Of a DNA stretch of 64,000 nucleotides, positions 9,762-20,234 are shown piece after piece. The translations under genes and the position numbers were made by a program. Position 1 is the first letter of the stretch; each line of letters starts with the position of its first letter. A model generated the notes under the pieces. It had not been told where the DNA came from. It saw nothing but the letters and a program-made list of their open reading frames with translations, and searched no databases. Origin of the DNA: Myxococcota bacterium (GTDB lineage Bacteria > Myxococcota_A > UBA9160 > JAFDDA01); assembly GCA_965228475.1 (NCBI GenBank), contig OZ245817.1:4512001-4576000 (forward strand). Direction: 5' to 3'.

Positions 9762-9998
9762 GTGCCCCGGAACCGCGAGATCGACGCCGCCGAAGCCGCC
9801 CGCGTAGGACTTTGCGTCCGCTGCCGCCACGCCGGGCAGCAGGACAACCCACGCGGCAGCCGCTTCTGGCGCTGCCTTCGCGCCGAGAGCGACCCGCGCC
9901 TGCGGCGCTACCCCCCGATCCCCGTCGCGGCCTGCTTCGCGTTCGAGGCGGACGGATCGGCGCCGGAGGACCCTGCGGGGCTCGAGGACGGGGGTTGA
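9762..9998 (+). CDS. small Cys-rich hypothetical protein (possible metal-binding)
   Basis: GLCVRCRH...FWRC...YPPIPVAAC, four Cys; TAGACT 6 nt before GTG. Confidence 0.65.
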   Translation: MPRNREIDAAEAARVGLCVRCRHAGQQDNPRGSRFWRCLRAESDPRLRRYPPIPVAACFAFEADGSAPEDPAGLEDGG

Positions 9999-10198
9999 GG
10001 AGGCCGGGGCGCCGGGCGGGAAGAAAGCGTGCGAATCAGCGCGGCGGGTACTTCGACGTCGGCAGCGGCTGCGAGAGCGGGAGCGTGTCCGGGTCTTGAC
10101 CGGTCCGGCCCCTGGTGCGACTCCCGACCTCCTCGCCTGCTGAGTGCCCCTCGGCCCCCTCCGGGTTCCACCCGCGGCGATCGTGCTAGCGTCGGCCC

Positions 10199-10675
10199 GT
10201 GGCGGACGGACCCGAACTCGGCGAAAAAGCTCCGGACTTCACCCTCGAGTCGACCGCGGGCGCGGTCTCCCTCGGGGAACGGCTCGCGAAGAGCGCCGTC
10301 CTCCTCGTCTTCTACCCCGGCGACGACACGCCCGTCTGCACCCGCCAGCTCTGCGACTACCGGGACAACCTCTCGGTCTTCGAGGGGCTCGGCGTCGACG
10401 TCCTCGCCCTGAACACCCAATCGCTCGATTCCCACCGGGCCTTCGCCGAGAAGCACGACCTCCCCTTCCCGATCCTCGCCGACGAGGACGGAGCGGTCTG
10501 CAAGGCCTACGGGGCGACCGGGCTCCTCGGCATGACGAAGCGAGCGCTCTTCCTGATCGACCGGGGCGGCATCGTCCGCTACCGCCACGTCGACTTCCCG
10601 ATGTTCCGCCGCAAGGCCAGCGAGCTCGAAGACATCATCTCCTCGCTCGGCGGGACGGACCTCGGGGATGGCTGA
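10199..10675 (+). CDS. peroxiredoxin, BCP/PrxQ-like
   Basis: APDFTL, FYPGDDTPVCTRQLC (PxxxTxxC), RALFLID. Confidence 0.9.
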   Translation: MADGPELGEKAPDFTLESTAGAVSLGERLAKSAVLLVFYPGDDTPVCTRQLCDYRDNLSVFEGLGVDVLALNTQSLDSHRAFAEKHDLPFPILADEDGAVCKAYGATGLLGMTKRALFLIDRGGIVRYRHVDFPMFRRKASELEDIISSLGGTDLGDG

Positions 10676-10710
10676 GCCCCACCAAGAGGAATCATGAGGC
10701 AGGAGAAATC

Positions 10711-11247
10711 ATGAGGCGCTGGTTCATTCTCTCGGCGATCGGACGCGACCGCCCGGGCCTCGCAGCCCAGCTCGCACAGCTCGTGCTCGATTGCGACGCG
10801 AGCCTCGACGACTCCCGCATGACCATCCTCGGCAGCGACTTCGCGATGATCCTCCTGTGCTCGTCCTCGAGCGACGAGGCCGCGGACCGGCTCGCCGTCG
10901 GCGCCAAGCAGCTCGAGCGGGATCACGGCCTCACCATCCTGATGCGGCACCTCGACGAAGGCCCGCGCCCGACGCTGCCCGCCGCCGACCACGTGCTCTA
11001 CCGCCTCGAGGCGGCGGGGGCGGACAAGGCGGGGATCGTCGCCGGCGTGTGCGGCGTGCTCGCGGAGCAGCGCGTGAACATCGCCGAGCTTTCGACGCGG
11101 AGCCGGCCGGGACCGGGCGGCGCGCCGCACTACGAGATGCAGCTCACGATCGAGGTGCCCGAGGACGTCGACCTCGGCGGCCTGCGGGCGGCGCTCGACG
11201 CCTGCGCGGACCGGCTGGTGATCGATCTGCTCCTGGCGCCGGCCTAG
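10711..11247 (+). CDS. tandem ACT-domain protein, GcvR-like
   Basis: AGGAG SD; GRDRPG and GADKAGIV ACT starts; DSRMTILGSDFAMIL. Confidence 0.85.
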   Translation: MRRWFILSAIGRDRPGLAAQLAQLVLDCDASLDDSRMTILGSDFAMILLCSSSSDEAADRLAVGAKQLERDHGLTILMRHLDEGPRPTLPAADHVLYRLEAAGADKAGIVAGVCGVLAEQRVNIAELSTRSRPGPGGAPHYEMQLTIEVPEDVDLGGLRAALDACADRLVIDLLLAPA

Positions 11248-11271
11248 CCAGCGCCGCAGGAGCGGAGCCCG

Positions 11272-11961
11272 CTAGGGCTCGCGCGTCATGCGCTTCTCGA
11301 TCTCCGCGATGTCCTCGTCGCTCCCGTCCCGGAACTCGGCGACGTCGCCCCAGCGGTCGGGCATCGCGACTTCGAGCTTCTCGAAGAAGTTCTCGAGGAA
11401 GCGGTAGGTCAGTCCCCAGACGATGTGCCGGCCCGGCTCGCCGACCAGGATGCCGGGAAAGCGCAGCCCGCGAATCCCGTAGTGGGTGCGCCGTTCCGGA
11501 TCGAGCAGGTCTTCGATGGGGAACCAGAACGCCTCGGCCACCTCGTGGTTCGGCTCGAGCGGCGCCGGGTCGCGGACGGCGTAGACGTAGGCCGAGATCA
11601 CCATCGGGATCTCCCGCCCGGCGTGGCGGCCGCGCAGGTCGTCGAGCTGGCCGAGGAGTTCGGCGCCGGCCAGGGTGACCGAAACCTCTTCGAGCGTCTC
11701 GCGCTCGGCGGCGTGGCGCGGGCCTTCGTCGCTCTCCTCGACGCGCCCTCCCGGGAAGGCCATGTGCCCGGACCACGGGTCGCCCGCGAACTCGGCGCGC
11801 TCGATGAACAGCACGTCGAGGCCGGGCCCGTCCCCGCCGGCCGGCCGCAGCACCATCGCCACGGCGGCGCGCCGCTTTCGCTGCCCGTCTTCGGTCTCGC
11901 CGGATTCGAGCTGCGCCGGATGCTTCGCGAGGGCCCGGCCGATCGACTCGAAGTCCTTCAC
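11272..11961 (-). CDS. Nudix CoA pyrophosphatase
   Basis: AAVAMVL, RAEFAGDPWSGHMAFPGGRVE..AAERETLEEV Nudix box, IVWGLT. Confidence 0.9.
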   Translation of the reverse strand: MKDFESIGRALAKHPAQLESGETEDGQRKRRAAVAMVLRPAGGDGPGLDVLFIERAEFAGDPWSGHMAFPGGRVEESDEGPRHAAERETLEEVSVTLAGAELLGQLDDLRGRHAGREIPMVISAYVYAVRDPAPLEPNHEVAEAFWFPIEDLLDPERRTHYGIRGLRFPGILVGEPGRHIVWGLTYRFLENFFEKLEVAMPDRWGDVAEFRDGSDEDIAEIEKRMTREP

Positions 11962-12001
11962 GCGAACCCTCGGGATCCGCTCTCGACCGATTCGAAACCC
12001 C

Positions 12002-13525
12002 TCACCCCGCGCAATCGAGCTCGACGTGGACGATGCGTTCTTCGGGGGCGTCCCCCGAGCCCTCGCGCCGCTGGCCGAGGTAGAAGCTGCGGGCGTCGGG
12101 CACGAGGCTGATGCCGGTGGGCGCACCCCAGGCGGCGGTCTCCCCGAGATCGACGCGCTGGCCGCCGCCCTGGGTCGGCCCCCAGACGACTTCGGTCTCC
12201 TGGAAGAGGCCAGCGTCGTCCGCCAGGGCGCGTGCGTAGACCGGCGCGACGGCGAAGCTCACGGCGTCGGGCAGCAGACCCGAAGCGCTCGCCCGCCGGG
12301 CACTCGCCGCCACGTACCAGCCGCCGTCGGTGTTGAAGGATGCCCCGCCGATTCCGGCGACGCTCTCGCCGAGCGCGAGCGCGGATTCCGTCGCCGGGTC
12401 GACGGCATCGATCCGCGCGGGCCCGAGCGGATTCCCCCGAGCGAACACCAGGGCGCGCGCGTCGGGCGACCACGCCAACGGCGCCAGCCAGTCCGCCCCG
12501 CCCTGGGCGAGCGTTCCGACGCCGCCGAGCTGGAGCGAACCGTGGCCCGAGACGAGGCCGCCGGACACCGCCCGGTAGCGTCCGCCCTCGCCCCGCGACC
12601 ACGCGAGCGTGTTCGGGGAGGGCCCGAAGAGCGCCCCTTCGTCGGGGCCGGGCTCGTAGGTGATCCGGCGCGACTTCACGCCGCGGAGCGCCGCCGAGGT
12701 GTTCAAGAGATGGAGTTCGGTGTTTCCCGGGCGGCGCCAGCTCACGTGACGGTCCGTGTCGAAGGCGACCGAGGCGCCGCCCCGGCTCGGCGCGGGCCGC
12801 CGGTTGTTGCCGGGCTCGCCGCAGGTGAGGCAGGCGTGCTCGCCCGAAGCGAGCGTCATCCGATGGATCTGCCGCCGGCCTTCGGGGCCCGGGGCATCGT
12901 AGAAGAGATGGTTCCCCTCGGCGTCGAGGCGCGGGTGTGCCCCGGTCTCGTGGACGACCGCAACGCGGCTCGCACGCGGCGAACACTCGGGCAGGGGCAC
13001 CGTGTCGATCGTCGCGTCGTGGTCGAACACGGCCCGTCGGTTCGCGTCCGTCCGCGTGGGTTCCTCGGCACCGAGGGACGCGGAGAGCGCCGAGGCCGAA
13101 AGGAGTACGAGCCCGCCGCCCAGGACCGCGAGCAGCACGGCGCCGACCTGGGCGCCGAGGCCGCCCACGGGAACCTGCCGGCGGGCGGCCCAGGCGAAGG
13201 CCGCGGCCAGGAGCAGGAACACGAGGAGGAAGGAAGCGACCGGACTCGGCGGAAGCTGCAGCAGCGCGAGCGCGAGGGCGGGCCATGCCACGAGCCCCGC
13301 GCTGGCGGCGCGGGCGAAGCGCGCACCGCGGTCCGGCTCGTCCTGGGGGCGGCGGTCGAGCAGGTGCGCGACCAGCAGCACGACCAGCCCCCCGGCCAGC
13401 GCGCCGAGCCGCACCCACAGACGCGCCGGTTCGTCCGGGTGTTGCGAGACGAGGCTGGCGACCGCCAGGGCACCCAACGCACCGGGGCCCAGACCCGAAA
13501 AGAAACACCAAGCTCGCCAGAACAC
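12002..13525 (-). CDS. membrane-anchored protein with N-terminal TM bundle and TolB/PD40-like beta-propeller
   Basis: About 5 hydrophobic segments, then HPRLDAEGNHLFY, CLTC, RPAPSRGGASVAFDTDR, AWSPDARALVF repeats; GAGGGGG SD. Confidence 0.65.
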   Translation of the reverse strand: MFWRAWCFFSGLGPGALGALAVASLVSQHPDEPARLWVRLGALAGGLVVLLVAHLLDRRPQDEPDRGARFARAASAGLVAWPALALALLQLPPSPVASFLLVFLLLAAAFAWAARRQVPVGGLGAQVGAVLLAVLGGGLVLLSASALSASLGAEEPTRTDANRRAVFDHDATIDTVPLPECSPRASRVAVVHETGAHPRLDAEGNHLFYDAPGPEGRRQIHRMTLASGEHACLTCGEPGNNRRPAPSRGGASVAFDTDRHVSWRRPGNTELHLLNTSAALRGVKSRRITYEPGPDEGALFGPSPNTLAWSRGEGGRYRAVSGGLVSGHGSLQLGGVGTLAQGGADWLAPLAWSPDARALVFARGNPLGPARIDAVDPATESALALGESVAGIGGASFNTDGGWYVAASARRASASGLLPDAVSFAVAPVYARALADDAGLFQETEVVWGPTQGGGQRVDLGETAAWGAPTGISLVPDARSFYLGQRREGSGDAPEERIVHVELDCAG

Positions 13526-13584
13526 ACCACCCCCTCGCCGGATGCGAATGTTACCACCCCCGCCGCGCGCTACCGTCGCGCGCG

Positions 13585-14805
13585 ATGCCCCTCCCCCCCG
13601 CCACCTCGCCGGCCGACGCCGCGCGCCTGATCGCCCTGGCCCGGAAGGACCGCGCGGCGGCCTCCGAAGCGCTCCTGGGCCTCCCGGTGGACGATCAGGT
13701 GGCCCTGGTCTGCCAGTCCCCGCTGGGCGAGCGGGCGGGGCTGCTCTCCCTGGTGCCGAAGCCCGAGGAGGTCATCCCGCGCATCCCCGAAGCCGAGCTC
13801 TGCTTCATCGTGAAGGCCGCGGGGCCGAGCCACGCCGGCTGGATCGTCGAACACGCGAGCCCGGAGCAGCTCGTCGCCTGCGTCGACCTCGATGGCTGGG
13901 ACGGTGCCCGGTTCGCGCCGGGGCGTTTCCGCGATTGGTGGCTCGCCGCCGCCGACGCCGGCCCGGAGACCCTGCTCCGCTGGCACGGGAGCCTCGACCC
14001 CGAGCTCCTCGTGCTCGAACTCCAGGGCCGCATCGAAGTGACCCAGAAGCCCGACGACGCCACCGAGCGGGAAGGCTGGGCACCGCCGCCCGGATCCCAG
14101 ACCCTCGACGGGGACTTCCACTACCGCCCGCTCCGCGAAGGCGACGACCTCGCCGAGCTCACGATGCTCCTGAAGTGCCTCTACGAAGCGAACTACGCGG
14201 ACTACTTCCGCGTGATGCAGGGCCCGCGTCACGAGCTCCCGATCGAGACCGAGGAGTGGGCCCTTCGCTGGCGGACGGGCCGGCTCGAAGACCTCGGCTT
14301 CCCGTCGCGCGAAGACGCCGCGGCGCTCTTCGCGAGAATCGAGCCCGAGGAGCGCGGCGAACTCCACGACGATGCCGCCGTGCTCGACGTGGCCGGCTTC
14401 CGGTTGCCCGTCTGGTTCCCGAAGGTCCCGATCGCCGTCGATGCGGAACACGCCGTGCTCGCGGCCGCCGCGCGGCTCCCGGAATCGCTGCGCGAAGGCT
14501 TCCTGTACCGCCTGATGGCCGTCGCGAACAAAGTGGCCGTGGCCTACGGCCTGCCGCTCTCGGACGTCGAATCCGTCCCCGCGGCGATGGACGAAGCCGT
14601 GCGCATGACGAGCCGCGGGCTCGAGGAGATCGCGCGCGCGAACGGCGTGGCGACCGAGGAGGTCCTGCGCAGGACGTCGCTCGAGCGGCTCTTCCGCGTG
14701 GGTGCCTCGTTCCATCCCGAGAAGGCCGAACGCGTGCTCGAACTCGGAGAAGCTCCCCTCGAAGAGAAGCCCGGAGCCGACGACGCGGCCGAAGCGGAGA
14801 GCTGA
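13585..14805 (+). CDS. DUF6178 family protein
   Basis: ASPEQLVACVDLDGW, DPELLVL, EEWALRWRTGRLEDLGFP, ANKVAVA, LFRVG pattern. Confidence 0.78.
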   Translation: MPLPPATSPADAARLIALARKDRAAASEALLGLPVDDQVALVCQSPLGERAGLLSLVPKPEEVIPRIPEAELCFIVKAAGPSHAGWIVEHASPEQLVACVDLDGWDGARFAPGRFRDWWLAAADAGPETLLRWHGSLDPELLVLELQGRIEVTQKPDDATEREGWAPPPGSQTLDGDFHYRPLREGDDLAELTMLLKCLYEANYADYFRVMQGPRHELPIETEEWALRWRTGRLEDLGFPSREDAAALFARIEPEERGELHDDAAVLDVAGFRLPVWFPKVPIAVDAEHAVLAAAARLPESLREGFLYRLMAVANKVAVAYGLPLSDVESVPAAMDEAVRMTSRGLEEIARANGVATEEVLRRTSLERLFRVGASFHPEKAERVLELGEAPLEEKPGADDAAEAES

Positions 14806-14836
14806 CCGGGCAACGAGAACCGATGCCCGAAACGAA

Positions 14837-14869
14837 GAACGCCCGCGAACCGACGGCTCGCGGGCGTTC
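14837..14869 (-). terminator. intrinsic terminator between convergent DUF6178 and histone genes
   Basis: 12-bp stem GAACGCCCGCGA / TCGCGGGCGTTC, followed on the minus strand by TTCGTTT. Confidence 0.75.
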
Positions 14870-14889
14870 CAGACTCTCGAGAGCGGCGA

Positions 14890-15108
14890 CTAGATGTCGA
14901 CGGCCTTGATGGTCTTGCGCTTGTTGCCGATCGCGCGCGCCTCGGCACCCTTGATGATGTCGCGGACGTGCGCGTCGAGCGCAGCGTAGAACTCACTGCT
15001 CACGTTGCACTTCTTGGTCGCGCCCTTGGTGCGCGACTTCGAGATGATGAGCTCCGCCGGCTTGCTGCTGCGGCGACGCGTTGCCTTCTTCTTCTTACGA
15101 GCTGCCAT
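14890..15108 (-). CDS. bacterial histone-fold protein (alpha3-truncated type) with basic N-terminal tail
   Basis: LIISKSR-x-NVSSEFYAALDAHVRDIIKGAEARAIGN-KRKTIKAVDI: alpha1-L1-alpha2-L2 layout with the terminal RKT-x4-D histone motif; GGAGG SD. Confidence 0.85.
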   Translation of the reverse strand: MAARKKKKATRRRSSKPAELIISKSRTKGATKKCNVSSEFYAALDAHVRDIIKGAEARAIGNKRKTIKAVDI

Positions 15109-15188
15109 GTTCCGTTTCCCTCCAACGTCGGTGCCGGTTCACGGCGACCGCGTGTTCCCCCCTCGGCTTGCCCGAGGTTCCGGGGCCG

Positions 15189-15222
15189 ATCATAAGCAAC
15201 TTTCCGTCGGGGGCAACGGAAA
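15189..15222 (-). promoter_or_regulatory. putative sigma70 promoter of the histone gene, overlapped by an inverted repeat
   Basis: Minus strand TTGCCC-16nt-TATGAT; TTTCCGT-N8-ACGGAAA palindrome (15201-15222) straddles the -35. Confidence 0.5.
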
Positions 15223-15316
15223 AACGGCCGAAATCGGGCGCGGGAAGCCGCCTGGAGCCCGTTCTCGAAATCGCTTCCGAGACGACTCCGCCGGCCGGTT
15301 CGCTAGTTTCGCTTCC

Positions 15317-16189
15317 GTGCGGGACGTGAGCCAGGCATCGGAGCAAGCCGCGAAGCAGGCCGATTACGGCGCGGCGCGGAGCGAGTTCTTCACGCGCCCG
15401 GAACTCGACGGCGTGCGGCTCCATGCACTGCACTGGGGTGACCCGGATGGGCCGGCCATCGTGCTCGTCCACGGGGGCGGGGCCAACGGGCATTGGTGGA
15501 AGCAGCTCGCGCCCTCCCTCGCGAACGGCGCCCACGTGGTCGCGCTGGACTTTCGCGGGCACGGGGATTCGGACTTCCCGGAACGGCTCGCCGAAGGCGA
15601 CTTCCAGAGCGATCTTCATGCCTTGCTCGACCAGCTCGAAGCCCCGGACGCCGTTCTCGTGGGCCATTCCATGGGCGGAGAAGTCGTTCTACGCGTGGCC
15701 GCCGGCGGCCGTGCGACGCCCCGGGGCGTCGTCCTGCTCGATCTCGCGCGGGGCCGCAGCGACCGGGCCCGCCGCCTATTGCGGCGGGCTCTCACGATCC
15801 GTCACGCCTACCGGACGCGCGAGGAGGCCATCGAGCGCTTCCGCTTCGTCCCGCCCGCCGTCCACGTGGAGGAGGCGCTCCGGAACGAGATCGCCTCCCA
15901 CTCCGTCCACGCGGATGCCGGGGGGCGCTGGAGCTTCAAGTCCCACCGGGGCTGGATCGATGCGATCCCCTCGGACGAAGCGCGCCCGAGCGACGTGGCC
16001 TGCCCCGTGCTCTTCCTGCGCGGCGACGAGAGCGGAATCTGCAGCGAGGACGGGGCCCGCGAGCTGGTCGGGGCCCTGCCGCACGGGCGGCTCGCGACGA
16101 TCCCGCGCGCGGGGCACCACGTCCATCTCGACGCACCCGAGCCCACGGCGCGCGAGATTCGCCACTTCCTCGCCGGCCTTCCGCGCTGA
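15317..16189 (+). CDS. alpha/beta fold hydrolase
   Basis: LVHGGG, DFRGHGDS, GHSMGG nucleophile elbow, AGHHVHLD; GTG 7 nt after TAGTTT. Confidence 0.9.
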   Translation: MRDVSQASEQAAKQADYGAARSEFFTRPELDGVRLHALHWGDPDGPAIVLVHGGGANGHWWKQLAPSLANGAHVVALDFRGHGDSDFPERLAEGDFQSDLHALLDQLEAPDAVLVGHSMGGEVVLRVAAGGRATPRGVVLLDLARGRSDRARRLLRRALTIRHAYRTREEAIERFRFVPPAVHVEEALRNEIASHSVHADAGGRWSFKSHRGWIDAIPSDEARPSDVACPVLFLRGDESGICSEDGARELVGALPHGRLATIPRAGHHVHLDAPEPTAREIRHFLAGLPR

Positions 16190-16298
16190 GGCCCACCCCG
16201 GGTCGCCGACGGTCCGGCAGCGCGGATCCCCGCCAGGAGGCCGGGGGCGGGGTGTATGATGCCCGCGTCCGGCGCCTTTCGCGCCGCGGGAGCCCGAC

Positions 16299-17705
<1,407 letters not shown>

Positions 17706-17706
17706 G

Positions 17707-18120
17707 CTAGGCGCCCTTCGGGCCGCGCCGTTCGCGGTAGGCCGCCTCCCAGTCGCGGCCATCGAAGCGTTCCGGCGCGAGCGCGGCGAGACGTTCGAGC
17801 GTCATGCCGTCGAGGCAGCGCACGTTCACGTCGATCTTGTCCGGGTCCGAGCGCGCGACGTAGAACGGTGCGACCCCGCACTCCCGGCAGAAGTGGTGCT
17901 GCGCGCGCCCCGTCCCGAAGCGGTACGTCGCGAGCGGCGGGGCTTCCCCGAGCAGGCGGAAGCGTTCGCGCGGCACGTACCAGTGGACGTAGGCCTTCTT
18001 CGTACAGATCGAGCAGTTGCAGACCTCGACGCCCGCGAGCTCGGCTTCGACCTCGAAGCGGACGGCTCCGCAGTGACAGCCGCCCTGGTGGAGCGGCGCG
18101 GCGGGTTCGTTCGAGGCCAT
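17707..18120 (-). CDS. GFA/CENP-V family Zn protein
   Basis: GGCHCGAVRF, CNCSIC, FCRECG. Confidence 0.92.
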   Translation of the reverse strand: MASNEPAAPLHQGGCHCGAVRFEVEAELAGVEVCNCSICTKKAYVHWYVPRERFRLLGEAPPLATYRFGTGRAQHHFCRECGVAPFYVARSDPDKIDVNVRCLDGMTLERLAALAPERFDGRDWEAAYRERRGPKGA

Positions 18121-18333
18121 GGAGCACGAGTCTAGCTCCTGCCGACGGCGCGCGAGGCGGTTGCGTGCGGGCTGCGCGCCGGTTGCCGAGGGAGCCCGAG
18201 ATCGGCCATCGCGGCGTCAAGACGCTCCGCACTTCCACCGATCCAGATGGGGAGTCACCCGGATTCCCGCGGACCTGCCGCGGAGCCCTGCGCCCATGAG
18301 CGGACGCGTCCGCCGTGAATTCGGAGTTTCCCC

Positions 18334-19149
18334 ATGCGTTTCTCGCGACCCCTGCTCTCGCTCTCGCGAGCCTTCGTGCTTTCCCTGGCGCTGCCGTTCT
18401 TCGCTTCACCGGCGAGCGCGAGCCTCTTCCTTTCCACCACGGGCAACGCGGCGCTCCCCGGGCTGAGCTTCAGCGGAGACGACGTCGCGCTCTGGGACGA
18501 AGCCGGCGCCAACGCGAGCCTCGCCCTCGACGATGGGAACTTCTCGGGCAACGAGAACATCGACGCCTTCCACCGCCTCGACTCGGGATCCTTCCTGATC
18601 TCCACCTCTGGAAACGCCACGCTCGGCGGACTCACCTTCGGAGACGACGACATCGTCCTCTACGACCCCGGCTCGGACACCGCGTCTCTCGCGTTCGACG
18701 GGGGCGCGCTCTTCTCGAACGGCAACGAGGACGTGGACGCCGTCTCGGTGCTGAGCAACGGGAACCTGCTCCTCTCGACGCGAGGCAACGCGACCCTCGG
18801 TGGGCTCACCTTCCGGGACGGCGACCTCGTCGAATACGACGCCGTGAACGACGTCGCGACGCTGTTCTTCAGCGAAGACCTCTTCCTGGCCGGTGAGGAC
18901 GTCGACGCGGTGCATGCCTTCGCGGACGGGACGCTGCTGATCTCCACCCAGGGCAACGCTTCCCTGGCCGGGCTCGCGTTCGGGGACGACGACGTCGTGC
19001 GCTACGACCCGCTCGGCGGAACCGCGGCCCTCACCTTCGACGGCGCCCACTTCGCGAGCGCCTTCGAGGACGTGGACGCCGTGGCCGTTCGCGAAGCGCC
19101 CCTCCTGGCGCTGTTCGCGCTTCCGCTCCTGCTCGCCCGCCGCAACTAG
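18334..19149 (+). CDS. secreted acidic repeat protein (4 x ~57 aa) with PEP-CTERM-like C-terminus
   Basis: Signal peptide ending ASA; four copies of ST.GNA.L.GL.F...D...(Y/W)D...E(D/N)(V/I)DA; C-terminus VREAP + hydrophobic + RRN. Confidence 0.75.
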   Translation: MRFSRPLLSLSRAFVLSLALPFFASPASASLFLSTTGNAALPGLSFSGDDVALWDEAGANASLALDDGNFSGNENIDAFHRLDSGSFLISTSGNATLGGLTFGDDDIVLYDPGSDTASLAFDGGALFSNGNEDVDAVSVLSNGNLLLSTRGNATLGGLTFRDGDLVEYDAVNDVATLFFSEDLFLAGEDVDAVHAFADGTLLISTQGNASLAGLAFGDDDVVRYDPLGGTAALTFDGAHFASAFEDVDAVAVREAPLLALFALPLLLARRN

Positions 19150-19208
19150 CGGAAGGGGTCGGACGCCGGCATCGCCGAAGTCGGCCCGGCTCGGGTAGTC
19201 TCTCCGGC

Positions 19209-20231
19209 GTGAGAACGCTCGACTTCCGCAGCGACACCGTCACGCGCCCGACCGCCGCCATGCGCGAGGCCATGGCCCGAGCCGAGGTGGGCGACGACGT
19301 CTACGGCGACGACCCGACCGTGAACCGCCTCCAAGAGGTCGCCGCCGAGCGGCTCGGCATGGAGGCCGCACTCTTCGTGCCCTCGGGAACGATGGGAAAC
19401 CAGGTCTGCATCCGAACGATGACCCGGCACGGCGACGTCGTCCTCGCCGGGCACGGCGCCCACGTCCTGCGTTTCGAAGCGGGCGGTGCCGCAGCGCTGG
19501 CCGGCGTGCAGATCGAGACGATCGGAAGCGGAGGCTTCTTCGACGCCGACGATCTCGCCGCCGCCATCGCGCCCGACGAGCAGCACTACGCACCCACCAC
19601 GCTCGTCACCGTCGAGAACACCCACAACACCGCAGGTGGCCGCGTGTTCCCGCTCGAGGCCGTGCGGGCCGTGGGCGAGAAGGCCGCAGAGCGCGGCCTC
19701 GCCCGCCACCTCGACGGCGCGCGGCTCTTCAACGCGGTGGTCGCCACCGGCGTGCCGGCCCGCGAATGGGCCGCGCACTTCGACACGGTGACGTTCTGCC
19801 TCTCGAAGGGGCTCGGCGCACCGGTGGGCTCGATCGTCTGCGGCTCCGCAGAACGCATCGCGCGCATCCACCGCGCGCGGAAGCTCCTCGGGGGCGGCAT
19901 GCGGCAGGTCGGCATCCTGGCCGCCGCGGGCGTTCACGCCCTCGAACACCACGTGGACCGGCTGGCCGACGACCACGCGAACGCGACGCGCCTCGCCGAA
20001 GGCCTCGCGGCGCTCGGGCTCGAGCTCGTCGCCCGCCCCGAGACGAACATGGTCTACTTCCGCGTCGACGACGTGATGGGCTTCCTGCGGGAGACGCGGG
20101 CGCGCGGGCTCTGGATCAACCCGATCGACCCGGAGGTCTTCCGCGCCGTGACGCACCTCGACCTCGATGCCGACGACATCGAAGACGCCCTCGGCCGGCT
20201 GGCCGAAGCGTTGAAGGCCCTGCGGAACTAG
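19209..20231 (+). CDS. ltaE: low-specificity L-threonine aldolase
   Basis: DFRSDTVTRP, GDDVYGDDP, PSGTMGNQ, ENTHN, HLDGARLFNA, CLSKGLGAPVGS, GGGMRQ. Confidence 0.95.
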   Translation: MRTLDFRSDTVTRPTAAMREAMARAEVGDDVYGDDPTVNRLQEVAAERLGMEAALFVPSGTMGNQVCIRTMTRHGDVVLAGHGAHVLRFEAGGAAALAGVQIETIGSGGFFDADDLAAAIAPDEQHYAPTTLVTVENTHNTAGGRVFPLEAVRAVGEKAAERGLARHLDGARLFNAVVATGVPAREWAAHFDTVTFCLSKGLGAPVGSIVCGSAERIARIHRARKLLGGGMRQVGILAAAGVHALEHHVDRLADDHANATRLAEGLAALGLELVARPETNMVYFRVDDVMGFLRETRARGLWINPIDPEVFRAVTHLDLDADDIEDALGRLAEALKALRN

Positions 20232-20234
20232 CCC

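Noticed and set aside
18135..18330. Possible c-di-GMP riboswitch or sigma54 promoter upstream of the repeat protein
   Set aside because: Only a GCCGGTTGCCGA fragment; the GGCAAAC/GAAA/CGCAAAGC core is missing and GG-N10-GC spacing is not met
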